DNA of 64,000 nt from Calditrichia bacterium (GTDB lineage: Bacteria; Calditrichota; Calditrichia; JAJRVZ01): assembly GCA_963796965.1 (NCBI GenBank), contig CAWCNS010000005.1, positions 320,001-384,000 of the forward strand, given 5' to 3'. Below the pieces are notes generated by a model. It saw nothing but the letters and a program-made list of their open reading frames with translations. It was not told the origin of the DNA and made no database searches. The translations under genes were made by a program, and so were the position numbers. Of the stretch, positions 46,166 through 56,824 are shown one piece after another (the stretch's first letter is position 1; the number at the start of each line of letters is the position of its first letter).

Positions 46166-47420
46166 CTAATTTTTCAAACGGTAAAGGATCTCCCCGGCCT
46201 TGGGCACATAGAGGTATCCATCATCTTCTCTGTTCTGCCAGTCCTTAGGATCAATCGTCGCTGGATCACGATAACCAAGATTAACCTTTTTACAGACATC
46301 TTCCGGTATACCCGTAGCGAGAATAACATTTACCCGCGGTTTCTCCACACCATTTTCAAAAGAACCAACCCCTTTTACATGCGTTGCATGGGCCATGATA
46401 CCGCCAGGAATATCTTTAAACTTATCCATTTGCTTGGTAAAATAATCCCGAACATGGTAACCTATCTTCTCAATGATATCACCATGGGTAATGGAAACCT
46501 CGGAGATATGGGGGGCATATATTATCAACTCTCCCCCATCAGCCACGACCTGTTCCATTTTATACATACATTTCCCACCAGTCCAGATGTCATCATACAT
46601 CTCCGGAGCACGGGATAGAATCGATTTATATGGTTTATCTTTATAAACAATATGAACTGAATCAGAAAGATCGGCTGCACGACTCCAGGCTTCTTCTGCA
46701 TTACCAATATAAAGACCAGCCAGATCGTTCCCCTTTACAACCAAACTTAAGCAGAGACGTTGCACAGGCAGAAAACTGGCAGATTTGTCAACAACTTTCC
46801 GGACAGGCGTATATTTATTACCAATAATCATCGGATTGGTAATTAAGGCGCCCATCCAGTGAAAAAGATCAATTATTTCCTGACCGGCAATGCCCGGGAA
46901 AAGATATTTATTACCGCCAGAAAATCCGACTACCTCGTGAGGAAATGTTGGCCCTATGATCATTAAGATATCATAATCATAAACCATTTTGTTAATCGTA
47001 ACATCTACTTGCTGACGCATTAATCCCTCGGATATCTCAGCAATTTCATCTTCTGTTATTGTTCCAGCCAGACGTAAGTGTTCTGGATCTTTCCAATGGT
47101 GATTAAAAAATCTGGCCTTTGCAAATTTTTGCTTGTGCTCATCCGAGGTAATACCCACACGATGATAAATCGCCTCCATCGGCATAGGGGGATGTGTTCC
47201 GAGGGCAACAAGAAAATCAAGTGAAGTCTACTGTATCGGAGAGTAAGTCATAAACTGTCCTGAACATCAAATCGATTGGGGCAGTTCTGGAATGATCGGG
47301 AATAATGGCTAAAATCCTTTTACCTGCAAGATTTTCCTTCTCAAAAGCCTCCTGGCAAATTTGCCTGACTTCAGAATCAGAAAGTAATGTTTCCGCATTT
47401 CCTTTTCCAGTTACCATCAT
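46166..47420 (-). CDS. LarA (lactate racemase) family protein, putative mannonate/gluconate 2-epimerase (frameshift ~47215)
   Basis: IIPDHSRT, ALGTH (bridging frame), NHHW, PHEVVGFSGGNK...PGI; context uxaE-uxuB-gnd. Confidence 0.85.
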
Positions 47421-47695
47421 TAATTCCTTTAATTAACACAATTTTAAAATGAACATCCATCTTAAAGTCATATTAGCCACAGATTAAAAGAAATGGTTTA
47501 AAATTAAGATTAATTACTGAGACAAATTATAGGTTTGTCATTCCGAATTTATTTCGGAATCTAATTAATGTATAAAGATGCTGAAACAAGTTCAGCATGA
47601 CATTGTCTAAGATTTAAATCAGATTCATATTAATCTGTGGCAAATAATTTTTCGTAAATACTCCAACAAAGTCAAACTCACATATATATTAATCA

Positions 47696-49150
47696 TCACA
47701 CATTATAAGTCGAAGACGCGGTTGTACCACCACGGCCTGTCCAATTTGTATGAAAGAATTCACCACGCGGTTTGTCAACACGTTCATAGGTATGTGCACC
47801 AAAGTAATCACGCTGCGCCTGGAGTAAATTTGCAGGCAGAACGCCGCTCCTATAGCCATCATAATAGGCCAAAGCACTGCTAAATGCTGGTACAGGAAGA
47901 CCATTTAAAACCGCCGCGGAAACAACTTCGCGCCATGCTGACTGATTTTTCTCAATCACATCTTTAAAATAATCATCCAACAGTAAATTCTGCAATTTAG
48001 GATTTTGATCAAAAGCATCTTTAATATTTCCTAAGAACTGAGCACGAATGATACAACCACCACGCCACATCAGGGCAATGTCACCATAATTTAGCTGCCA
48101 GTTATATTCCTCCGCGGCGGCACGCATGAGCTGAAAACCTTGTGCATAGGAGCATATTTTTGATGCATAAAGGGCTTTTCTGATCTTTTCAATAAATTCT
48201 TTCTTGTCACCGGAGAAACTTGGTATCGGACCACTTAAATCTTTTGATGCGGATACACGTTCCTCTTTAATTGCGCTCATAGCACGGGCAAAGACGGCCT
48301 CTGCGACAGTTGGTGCAGGAACGCCACAATCCAAAGCGGCCTGACTGGTCCATTTCCCAGTACCTTTTTGTCCAGCCGTGTCGAGGATCATATCAACCAT
48401 TGGTTTTCCTGTTTCATCATCTTTTTTACCCATTATGTCACGTGTAATTTCGATGAGATAACTATCTAATTCACCTTCATTCCATTTAGTAAAAACAGGT
48501 TCCATCTCCTCTGTACTCATTCGAAGAACATGCTTCATAATCCAATAAGCTTCGCAGATCATTTGCATATCACCATACTCGATACCATTATGGACCATTT
48601 TTACAAAATGACCGGCACCATCATTGCCAATCCATTCACAACAGGGCGAGCCGTCAGCAACCTTTGCGGAAATCGCCTGAAAAATAGGTTTAACATGAGA
48701 CCAGGCTGCTTCCGATCCACCTGGCATAATTGATGGTCCAAGCAATGCGCCTTCTTCCCCGCCCGAAACACCGGTTCCGATAAAAAGAAGTCCCTTATCC
48801 TCAACATATTTCGTACGTCTGATTGAATCGGGGAAATGACTGTTGCCTCCATCGATAATGATATCTCCTTCTTCCAGGTGTGGGGCAATCATATCAATAA
48901 ACTCATCAACAGGTTTGCCCGCTTTAACCAGCATCATTACTTTACGAGGTCTTTTTAGACTTTTAACCAACTCTTCAATACTGTAGCAACCTTTTATATT
49001 TTTACCTTTTGCCCGACCACCGACAAAAGCATCTACTTTACTGGTGGTGCGGTTAAATACCGCAACAGAAAATCCATGATCTTCCATATTTAGAACAAGG
49101 TTCTCACCCATTACTGCTAATCCAATTAAACCAATATCATAATCACTCAT
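47696..49150 (-). CDS. gnd: 6-phosphogluconate dehydrogenase (decarboxylating)
   Basis: [50 protein letters not shown]. Confidence 0.98.
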   Translation of the reverse strand: MSDYDIGLIGLAVMGENLVLNMEDHGFSVAVFNRTTSKVDAFVGGRAKGKNIKGCYSIEELVKSLKRPRKVMMLVKAGKPVDEFIDMIAPHLEEGDIIIDGGNSHFPDSIRRTKYVEDKGLLFIGTGVSGGEEGALLGPSIMPGGSEAAWSHVKPIFQAISAKVADGSPCCEWIGNDGAGHFVKMVHNGIEYGDMQMICEAYWIMKHVLRMSTEEMEPVFTKWNEGELDSYLIEITRDIMGKKDDETGKPMVDMILDTAGQKGTGKWTSQAALDCGVPAPTVAEAVFARAMSAIKEERVSASKDLSGPIPSFSGDKKEFIEKIRKALYASKICSYAQGFQLMRAAAEEYNWQLNYGDIALMWRGGCIIRAQFLGNIKDAFDQNPKLQNLLLDDYFKDVIEKNQSAWREVVSAAVLNGLPVPAFSSALAYYDGYRSGVLPANLLQAQRDYFGAHTYERVDKPRGEFFHTNWTGRGGTTASSTYNV

Positions 49151-49394
49151 CTTTTTCTCCTAAAATGTATTTTACAATCCGTTATCATGATTTCTATTCA
49201 CGCAGCGCCGCAACGACGCAGCGAAAATAAATAATTAAATTTATTAGCACATTATTTTTAAAATTCTTTAATTCAAGATGTCTTTTAAAATCTGACTAAA
49301 CTTGCCAAAGTATTTTATAGTTAATTTTATCCCTGTTTTCGGATAATAATTCCTAATTATTTCGTTGCGGCGCTGCGGCGCTGCGTGAGAATTT

Positions 49395-50228
49395 TCAAAC
49401 ACCACTGAAGGCGGCGAAGCCGCCATCAACTGGTATTACGGCACCTGTAACAAATGCCGAAGCCGGTGATAAAAGCCATAGAACCGTCCCCAGGAGGTCT
49501 CCAGGATCACCAAATCGATCCATGGGTGTATGCTCAATAATCTTTTTGCCTCTGGGTGTTAAATCACCTGTTTTTTCATCCGTAAGTAGAAACTTATTTT
49601 GTAATGTTAGAAAAAATCCGGGAGCCACGGCATTGACACGAATTTTTGGTGAATATTCCTGAGCCATATGGACAGCCAGCCATTGAGTAAAATTACTCAC
49701 CGCCGCTTTTGCTGCAGAATACGCACCAACTTTTGTAAGAGGCGTAAACGCACTCATTGAAGAGACATTAAGGATGATTCCCTCTTTCTGTTCAGCAAAA
49801 TGTTTTCCAAATACCTGGCTGGGCATCACGGTTCCAATCAGGTTTAAATCTGAAACCTTTTTAAAAGCTTCCAGATCCAAATCAAAAAAGGATTGTGAAT
49901 CAGAAGTGGTCGCTCCGGGATGATTTCCTCCGGCACCATTGATTAAGGCATCAACTTTCCCAAAGGTCTCATAGACTTTTTCCGCGGCCTTCTCCATTAC
50001 CTCTTTATCAAGAACATCTCCATAAATCATAACAAAATTGCCGACAGAGGTGTCAATTCTTTTCATGATCGAATCGTCCAATTTTACTTCACGATCAATC
50101 ACAGCTACATTAGCGCCACATCCAACCAAGGCACAAGCCATTTCCGCGCCCAATATCCCTGCGCCACCGGTTATTACGACTGTTTTATTACTAAAATTAT
50201 ACATATTTGTTATTTGTGCAAGATCCAT
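49395..50228 (-). CDS. uxuB: SDR-type D-mannonate oxidoreductase (fructuronate reductase)
   Basis: TGGAGILG, LINGAGGN, PLTKV.AYSAAKAA.SNFTQWLA, PGFFLT.QN, VDGGF; adjacent to uxaE. Confidence 0.8.
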   Translation of the reverse strand: MDLAQITNMYNFSNKTVVITGGAGILGAEMACALVGCGANVAVIDREVKLDDSIMKRIDTSVGNFVMIYGDVLDKEVMEKAAEKVYETFGKVDALINGAGGNHPGATTSDSQSFFDLDLEAFKKVSDLNLIGTVMPSQVFGKHFAEQKEGIILNVSSMSAFTPLTKVGAYSAAKAAVSNFTQWLAVHMAQEYSPKIRVNAVAPGFFLTLQNKFLLTDEKTGDLTPRGKKIIEHTPMDRFGDPGDLLGTVLWLLSPASAFVTGAVIPVDGGFAAFSGV

Positions 50229-50451
50229 TATCTCTCCAAAATATTCATTTAATCGCTCAGCATAGATTATAAAAGTTGTTATACTTCAATTATAGTCTCA
50301 AAAAATCCTAATATTCAATCTCTAATTTCCAAACAAATTCCAACTTCAAAAACCCATTAATTAAATATGACCCTGTCTTCGCCCGTATTTTATGGTCTAT
50401 CCTGATCATTGTTCTATCTTATCCAGTGTCGAGTATTTAGTATCGTGTATC

Positions 50452-51705
50452 TTACAGAAACAGAGGTTTCATATGTCGCTCATATATATTTTCTGTTACT
50501 TCTCTGGCGATCGTCTCCTCATATTTTTCCAGGGCATTTAAAAACACCTCATTCATCTCAGCGGCAATCTTATATCCTACATGCAGCAATTGCCTTAAAT
50601 CAGGATTGTATTCCGGACAAGATTGATCATGACGCAATGCTTTTGCAAAATCATCACCACTCCAATTATTAACCGTTTCCACGGAGGGCAGATTTGATTT
50701 ATTGATATCGATTACCGTGGCATAGGGCTTACAAAGCTCATCATAACGTTCCAAGGCCCGACGGTAGACATCCCGGGCAATTTTAATACCATCCCCTTCT
50801 GCCAAAGCTAATCCAATAATTTCTTCTAACCAGGTTGTCCCGGCCGTTTTAATATGCAAACCAGCACCTGTTTCGGTCATGGCGTTTTTGATAATCGGAT
50901 ATAGTGAGAACTTATCACTTCCGCTATGGACACTTAACTTCAAATCCGGGCTGAAGTTGAATTCTGATATAGCATATTTGAGCACAGCGAGGTCTTGTAC
51001 AAACTCTTTTTTGAATAGTTCAAGGTCACCTACATAATCAACACCTTTATTGAAGCGACCGCTAAATTTTGGCGCTAGGGTATTGACCGGAACACCTTCG
51101 GCTTTTAATGCTGAGAGAATAAAAAAGATTTCAAGAGGGGTTTGGGATTGATCTGTTTCATCCATTGAAACTTCAACAACAAAATACTTCTCCCCTTTAA
51201 ATTCGGAAATTTTCCTGTAAATTCTTCCTGCTTCTTTGATTGCTTTTAGATATTTCCCACCGATCTCTCTCAGTCGCTGCTCATCAACAATAAACGTCTC
51301 TTCAATACCTGGTATCTTTAATTGGCCTTTATATTTCTCGTTAACCTCAATAAATACAGAAAGTTCCGCAGGCTCTGACGGAAGACCAATAAAGTCAGCC
51401 ACATCAAGCGTAAAAAAATCACTGCTATCCATAAAATAATCTACAGAGTCAAGATTGACATGATCGGCATCGACAAAATAGCCACTTGACCATGCCAGAG
51501 ATTGAGCCGCTTTGTCAGCTTCGCTTCTTGTCTGTTTGGGTTCACTTTTAATAATTGAATGTTCACGGAAAGATTTATTCCAAACCGGTGTAATATCAAC
51601 ACCCATTTCTTTCGCCTTCTGAAAGGCATTTAACTGTGCCTTTGCCTGATGAGCAAATCGGTCACCAACTCCAAACGAAAATTTCCCAAATTCTTTTTTA
51701 TCCAT
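50452..51705 (-). CDS. uxaE: Tagaturonate/fructuronate epimerase
   Basis: SFGVGDRF, DADH, EVSMDET, APKF.G.FNKGVDY.GD, KLSVHSGSDKFS, HIKTAGTTWLE, RQLLHVGY. Confidence 0.92.
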   Translation of the reverse strand: MDKKEFGKFSFGVGDRFAHQAKAQLNAFQKAKEMGVDITPVWNKSFREHSIIKSEPKQTRSEADKAAQSLAWSSGYFVDADHVNLDSVDYFMDSSDFFTLDVADFIGLPSEPAELSVFIEVNEKYKGQLKIPGIEETFIVDEQRLREIGGKYLKAIKEAGRIYRKISEFKGEKYFVVEVSMDETDQSQTPLEIFFILSALKAEGVPVNTLAPKFSGRFNKGVDYVGDLELFKKEFVQDLAVLKYAISEFNFSPDLKLSVHSGSDKFSLYPIIKNAMTETGAGLHIKTAGTTWLEEIIGLALAEGDGIKIARDVYRRALERYDELCKPYATVIDINKSNLPSVETVNNWSGDDFAKALRHDQSCPEYNPDLRQLLHVGYKIAAEMNEVFLNALEKYEETIAREVTENIYERHMKPLFL

Positions 51706-51960
51706 ATTTATATTATCTCCTATTAATATTTCTCGCAGAGCCGCAAAGCCGCAAAGTTATTTAATCAAATTCCACTCAGGACGCATACTTTTTCTAACAT
51801 TTTCTTAAATATTATCATTATATCTGTAAATCCTTATATAGATTCCTTGAATTAAGTTCAATAAACATATATAATTTATCATTTTTTCTTGTTGCGTTAT
51901 TTACACTGCGGCTTTGCGTCTCTGCGAAGAAATATTATATTACAATTAAATCAGGTAGTA

Positions 51961-53256
51961 TCAATATCCAAAAACCCTCGGTAAAAAGAGACTAATTTCT
52001 GGAATATAGGTAACCAGCATCAAAGCCAGAATCATTGCTATATAAAGTGGTAATAATGGCTTGATCATACCTGTAATAGATGTGCCAGCAATACTGCACC
52101 CCACAAACAGGACACTCCCAACAGGAGGTGTACATAATCCGATACAAAGATTAAGCACCATCATTATCCCAAAGTGAATAGGATCGATTCCTAATTGCAC
52201 GGCTACCGGTAAAAATATCGGTGTAAATATTAACACAGCCGGTGTCATATCCATAAATGTACCGACAACCAGCAGCATCAGATTGATCATCAATAAGATA
52301 ATTATCTTACTTTCTGTCATCGCAATTAAAGTAGCACTTATAGTCTGTGGAATATTTTCATAGGACAATATCCAGGACATCGCCTTTGAAGTACCAATCA
52401 GCAGCATAACAATGGCAGTAGTTTCAACACATTTCAATAGGATTTTAGGCAATTCCTTTATTTTTACCTCACGATAGATAAACACCGAAAGAATCAAAGA
52501 ATAAATTACTGCTACAGCGCTGGCTTCAGTTGCTGTGAAAATTCCGGCAATGATCCCGCCAATTACGATAATCACCAACAGAAGGCTTGGAACCGCATCA
52601 AGAAATTTCTTGACAGATTGAATAAAATTAACTTTTTCCCCTACCGGATATTTTTTCATTACCGAGATAACCGCAGCCACACCGATCAATCCAAGACCAA
52701 CAAGAATACCAGGTAGATATCCAGCGATAAATAGTGCTGCAATCGATACCCCTCCGCTGGCTAAGGAGTAGACGATTAAAACGTTGCTGGGTGGAATTAA
52801 AAGACCGGTTGTCGAACCAGTTACAGTGATTGCTGCATTAAAATCATTATCATAACCCTCTTTCTTCATAACCGGAATCATAAAACCACCAATAGCAGAT
52901 GTTGCTGCTACGGCAGATCCGGAAATAGAACCAAAAAACATACAAGCCAGAATATTTACATAGGCAAGTCCACCAGGGAACATACCCACCAACACTTTGG
53001 CAAAATCAATCAATCGCCTGGCTATACCACCCTGCCCCATCAATAACCCGGAAAGAATGAAAAACGGAATTGCCAATAAGGCAAAACTGTTAATTCCTGT
53101 GGCCATTTGTTGGGCAACAGTTGTAATGGCCGGGCCAGAATCGATAGTGAATAGCATCGTAAGAACAGTGGCAATCCCAATACTAATGGCGATAGGGACA
53201 CTTAATGTCAAAAGTAAAACAAAACTCACGACCAGAATTAAAACAGATAACTCCAT
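51961..53256 (-). CDS. dctM: TRAP transporter large permease
   Basis: LLAIPFFIL, GSISGSA.A, IPPS, FTATEAS, TPPVG. Confidence 0.93.
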   Translation of the reverse strand: MELSVLILVVSFVLLLTLSVPIAISIGIATVLTMLFTIDSGPAITTVAQQMATGINSFALLAIPFFILSGLLMGQGGIARRLIDFAKVLVGMFPGGLAYVNILACMFFGSISGSAVAATSAIGGFMIPVMKKEGYDNDFNAAITVTGSTTGLLIPPSNVLIVYSLASGGVSIAALFIAGYLPGILVGLGLIGVAAVISVMKKYPVGEKVNFIQSVKKFLDAVPSLLLVIIVIGGIIAGIFTATEASAVAVIYSLILSVFIYREVKIKELPKILLKCVETTAIVMLLIGTSKAMSWILSYENIPQTISATLIAMTESKIIILLMINLMLLVVGTFMDMTPAVLIFTPIFLPVAVQLGIDPIHFGIMMVLNLCIGLCTPPVGSVLFVGCSIAGTSITGMIKPLLPLYIAMILALMLVTYIPEISLFLPRVFGY

Positions 53257-53271
53257 CAGGACCTCTCCCTG

Positions 53272-53790
53272 TTAATCGACAGCAGTAATTGAATTCTCTC
53301 TTGTAGCAGTTGTATCACTTTTTATTAAAGCCATAAATATATGAAAAATCGAATAGTAAATAATTAAAACACCTGTAAGAGGCAAAACAATGTAGACATA
53401 TCCCATGGGCAAGCCCATTGAAGGTGATATTTGATTTAAAGTAAATGTAATATTAACCAATCGCCAGCCACCAACAACCAAAATAAAAAATGAGAAGAGG
53501 ATCACAATACTATAAATGACCACATCCAACTTTTTTCTGGCATTTACATCTATCTTCCTGGCTAATATATCAATTCCTAAATGTGCTTTTGTATAGATAG
53601 CATAGCTTGCACCTAAAAGACCAATCCAAATTAGCAGAAAGCCAGCTAATTCCTCAGTAAAAGAACTGGGATCCTGAAGGATAAATCGGGTAACAACCTG
53701 CCAGGTCACGTCAATTACAATTGCAGACATTAAGAGTATTAGAAATATTTCTAATACTTTGGTGATTTTTTGGGTTATAGCGACCATCAT
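53272..53790 (-). CDS. dctQ: TRAP transporter small permease
   Basis: QV.TRF, TEELA, HLGID; 4 TM helices. Confidence 0.9.
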   Translation of the reverse strand: MMVAITQKITKVLEIFLILLMSAIVIDVTWQVVTRFILQDPSSFTEELAGFLLIWIGLLGASYAIYTKAHLGIDILARKIDVNARKKLDVVIYSIVILFSFFILVVGGWRLVNITFTLNQISPSMGLPMGYVYIVLPLTGVLIIYYSIFHIFMALIKSDTTATRENSITAVD

Positions 53791-53813
53791 AGACTCCTGC
53801 CGGGTTCTCGGAT

Positions 53814-54803
53814 TTAGCGAATATTCTGAATTTCTTGCATTAATTCATACAGTTTCGTTCCCCTATATGATTCATGCATCTCTTTTACGGCCTCTGCAAA
53901 TGGCGTTTTATCTGGATAGACGACTTCGACCCCTGCTTTTTGAACTTCTCGCAGGGCATGTTCTGAGGCTTCTTTCCAGAATATAATCTGTTGCTCAACC
54001 GATTCGTCTACCGCATCCTGTAACCACTTTTGCTCCTGGTCAGAAAGCCCTTGCCAAACAACGGTGCTCATTAACAAAATATCGGGAACACCTGTATGTT
54101 CATCTAAACTGTAAAATTTACATACTTCATAATGACGTGAGAGATAAAAACTGGGGGCATTATTTTCCGCACCATCAACCACGCCCTGCTGCAAAGCGGT
54201 ATATAATTCACCCCAGGGAATGGGTGTCGGCGAACCGCCAAGAGATTTCACCATCTTTACCGCCGTAATACTTTTCATCACACGAATTTTTAAGCCTTCT
54301 AGATCAGCCGGGGAATTCACGGGTTTTTCTTTCGTGTAAAAGCTCCGAGTGCCCGCATCATAATAGCACATTCCTCTTAAAAAATAATCCTCACCTGAAA
54401 GAAGAAGACGCTTACCTATTTCACCTTTAAATATTTTCCAGCGGTGCTCATCACTGCGAAAGATATATGGAATTCCAAAAATTTTCATTTCAGGTACAAA
54501 GGCCTCCAGAGGTGCGGTAGAAACTTTTGTCATGGCCAGGCTGCCGATCTGAAGTAATTCGATGAGATCACGCTCCTGTCCCAACTGACCACCAGGATAG
54601 ATATCCACGCGCATCTTTCCGCCAGACTTTTCAAAAACCTTTTCAGCCATAAAGGCCATCCCTTTATGAACCGGATGGTTGGTATCAAGGACATGTGCCA
54701 ATTTGATGATTTTCACTTGCTTTATTTCACCGCAAGAGAAAAAAGATGATTGGATAACGATCAGAACAATTACGATAGAGATAATTTTAAGTCTCATATA
54801 CAT
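53814..54803 (-). CDS. dctP: TRAP transporter substrate-binding protein
   Basis: HPVH, YPGGQLG.ER, DLEGLKIRVM, ELYTALQQGVVDGAENN. Confidence 0.93.
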   Translation of the reverse strand: MYMRLKIISIVIVLIVIQSSFFSCGEIKQVKIIKLAHVLDTNHPVHKGMAFMAEKVFEKSGGKMRVDIYPGGQLGQERDLIELLQIGSLAMTKVSTAPLEAFVPEMKIFGIPYIFRSDEHRWKIFKGEIGKRLLLSGEDYFLRGMCYYDAGTRSFYTKEKPVNSPADLEGLKIRVMKSITAVKMVKSLGGSPTPIPWGELYTALQQGVVDGAENNAPSFYLSRHYEVCKFYSLDEHTGVPDILLMSTVVWQGLSDQEQKWLQDAVDESVEQQIIFWKEASEHALREVQKAGVEVVYPDKTPFAEAVKEMHESYRGTKLYELMQEIQNIR

Positions 54804-55013
54804 CGCTCACCTATGTTATGGTTTTTTATTTTTATTCAATTTCTACTGGTAGTCATTAATAAAATAAATTTCAGATGGCCCTCTGAATCCTGAAATTTTA
54901 CTGAGATAAATTGGAAACAAAATTTCAGCTAAAATTCCTGAAAATTAATATTTACTGGAACCCCCTGTAATGATGTCAGGACAGTGACAATTTATCACGT
55001 TTATTTTGTATAC

Positions 55014-56030
55014 TTACTGACAAGTTTCACATATAATAATATCACCCGGAATTTTAATATGCTCTTCTTTGTGTTCTTCCGGGTTTTTTATTTCATCAAT
55101 AAGCAGTAAAATAGCTTTTTCAGCCAATAAAGCGGTCGGCTGATCCAGATGGGTCATGGAAGGCGAAAAGAATCTGTTATAGGCGCTTCCTCCAAATGAA
55201 ATAACATCAACATCATTAGGTATCGAAAGACCAATTTCTTCAGCTGCTGTATACATTCCCATTGCTACTGGAAAGGTAACGGTAAAAACAACTTCCGGCA
55301 TATCGTTACTCTTGAACAATTTCCAAAATCCCCGATATCCTGCCTCTTCCCCGAACCCCCCTTCAACAACCCACTCTTCATTGATGGGAAGGTTATGTTC
55401 TTTCATTGCCTGTTCGTATCCGGCATAACGTTCTTTACCTATATTCGTATAATTGAAACCAGCAAGATGAGCAATTTTTGTATAACCTGCATCGATTGCA
55501 TGCTTAACAGCCTTATAAGCACCACCAAAGTCATCAGTGGTTACAGTGCTGAATCCCTGCCCCTGAATTACCCTGTCAAAAAATACTAATGGGATTTTTT
55601 TGCTCTTTACCAGATTAAAAAGTTCAAGATCTCTGGTCTTCTCTGTGATAGAAACCAGGAGCCCATCAACCTGCATGGATAGAAGTGTCTTGATATGAGT
55701 TTGTTCGTAATAAGCGTCTTCCTGAGAAACAGCCATCATAATCTCATAGCCATGGTCAAACGCTATAGAATAGATGGTTTCAATAGCCGTTGCAAAAAAA
55801 TGATGCGCAATTTTTGGCACCACTAAGCCAATCGTATTAGACTTTCGGCTGGAGAGATTCCGGGCATGAAAATTTGGTGTATACCCCATTTCTTGTGCAG
55901 TCTCTTTAATCAGATCTTTCTTTTCTAAACTGATATCCGGATGGTCGCGAAGAGCTTTAGATACGGTTACTTTTGATACTTTTAATTTTGCTGCGATGTC
56001 TTTTAATGTCACCTGGGGTGCCATTTCCAA
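55014..56030 (-). CDS. LacI-family transcriptional regulator
   Basis: TLKDIA..L.VS..TVSKAL HTH, GYTPN..AR.L, VFFDR. Confidence 0.95.
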   Translation of the reverse strand: MEMAPQVTLKDIAAKLKVSKVTVSKALRDHPDISLEKKDLIKETAQEMGYTPNFHARNLSSRKSNTIGLVVPKIAHHFFATAIETIYSIAFDHGYEIMMAVSQEDAYYEQTHIKTLLSMQVDGLLVSITEKTRDLELFNLVKSKKIPLVFFDRVIQGQGFSTVTTDDFGGAYKAVKHAIDAGYTKIAHLAGFNYTNIGKERYAGYEQAMKEHNLPINEEWVVEGGFGEEAGYRGFWKLFKSNDMPEVVFTVTFPVAMGMYTAAEEIGLSIPNDVDVISFGGSAYNRFFSPSMTHLDQPTALLAEKAILLLIDEIKNPEEHKEEHIKIPGDIIICETCQ

Positions 56031-56040
56031 CCTTCCTCTC

Positions 56041-56064
56041 TTAACCGTTAAAGTTACCGGTTAA
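56041..56064. promoter_or_regulatory. Putative LacI-type operator palindrome
   Basis: TTAACCG-ttaaagttac-CGGTTAA with central GTTACCGGTTAA, immediately upstream of the lacI-family start. Confidence 0.5.
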
Positions 56065-56187
56065 GAAAATTTTAAAATAATTCACTTAAATGTCAAGGAA
56101 TTATTTGGAATCTTGTAAATTAATTCTCTAATATTGGCTGGTTTAAAACAGAAAATGATAGCATAAAATTAGTTTGGAGAATTCTTT

Positions 56188-56484
56188 ATGGAAGTAGTCG
56201 ATATTGTCGGTCTTTTGGCTTTAATTATAACCATTATTTATACGGGATTTGGTCTTCCTGTTCAGATACATAAAAACTACAAGGCGAAAAGCACAAAAGG
56301 TCTTTCCTTAAGTATGATGATCCTTCTATTTTTAACTTTTAGCACCTGGGTAGTGTATGGTATCGTAAAAATGCCAATGGATTGGTATATTATTATTTCA
56401 AATTCCATTGGAGCGGTAAGTGGTATGATAATTATTAGCCAGTTCTGGGCATACCGTTCAGGAGCAGTTAAGAATAAATCATAA
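56188..56484 (+). CDS. SemiSWEET/PQ-loop family small transporter
   Basis: LPVQI.KNYK.KST.GLS, W..YG, II.SN; 3 TM helices; GGAG RBS. Confidence 0.8.
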   Translation: MEVVDIVGLLALIITIIYTGFGLPVQIHKNYKAKSTKGLSLSMMILLFLTFSTWVVYGIVKMPMDWYIIISNSIGAVSGMIIISQFWAYRSGAVKNKS

Positions 56485-56824
56485 AATTTTGGTGCATAAT
56501 AGTTTCATCCCACTTTGATCCACTACAAAACTTCTCCACGGATTACACTAATTAATACGAATTTCACGAATTATTTTTTTACACCATAATATAACTCTCC
56601 GACTATACATTGAGATAGATACTGATAGTTCTCAAGCACTGGGACTCGATTTAAAGAACTCATAACATCGATCATCATTTTAAAACCAGACATTCACTAT
56701 TCTATAATATTAATTAAGATAATTTTAATTCGTGAAATTCGTCAAAATTTGGCCTGGCCCCGTATAACGAGGTCTCAGGACGCGTTCTACGAGCGTAATC
56801 CGTGGATAAATATTCCAAACTGAG

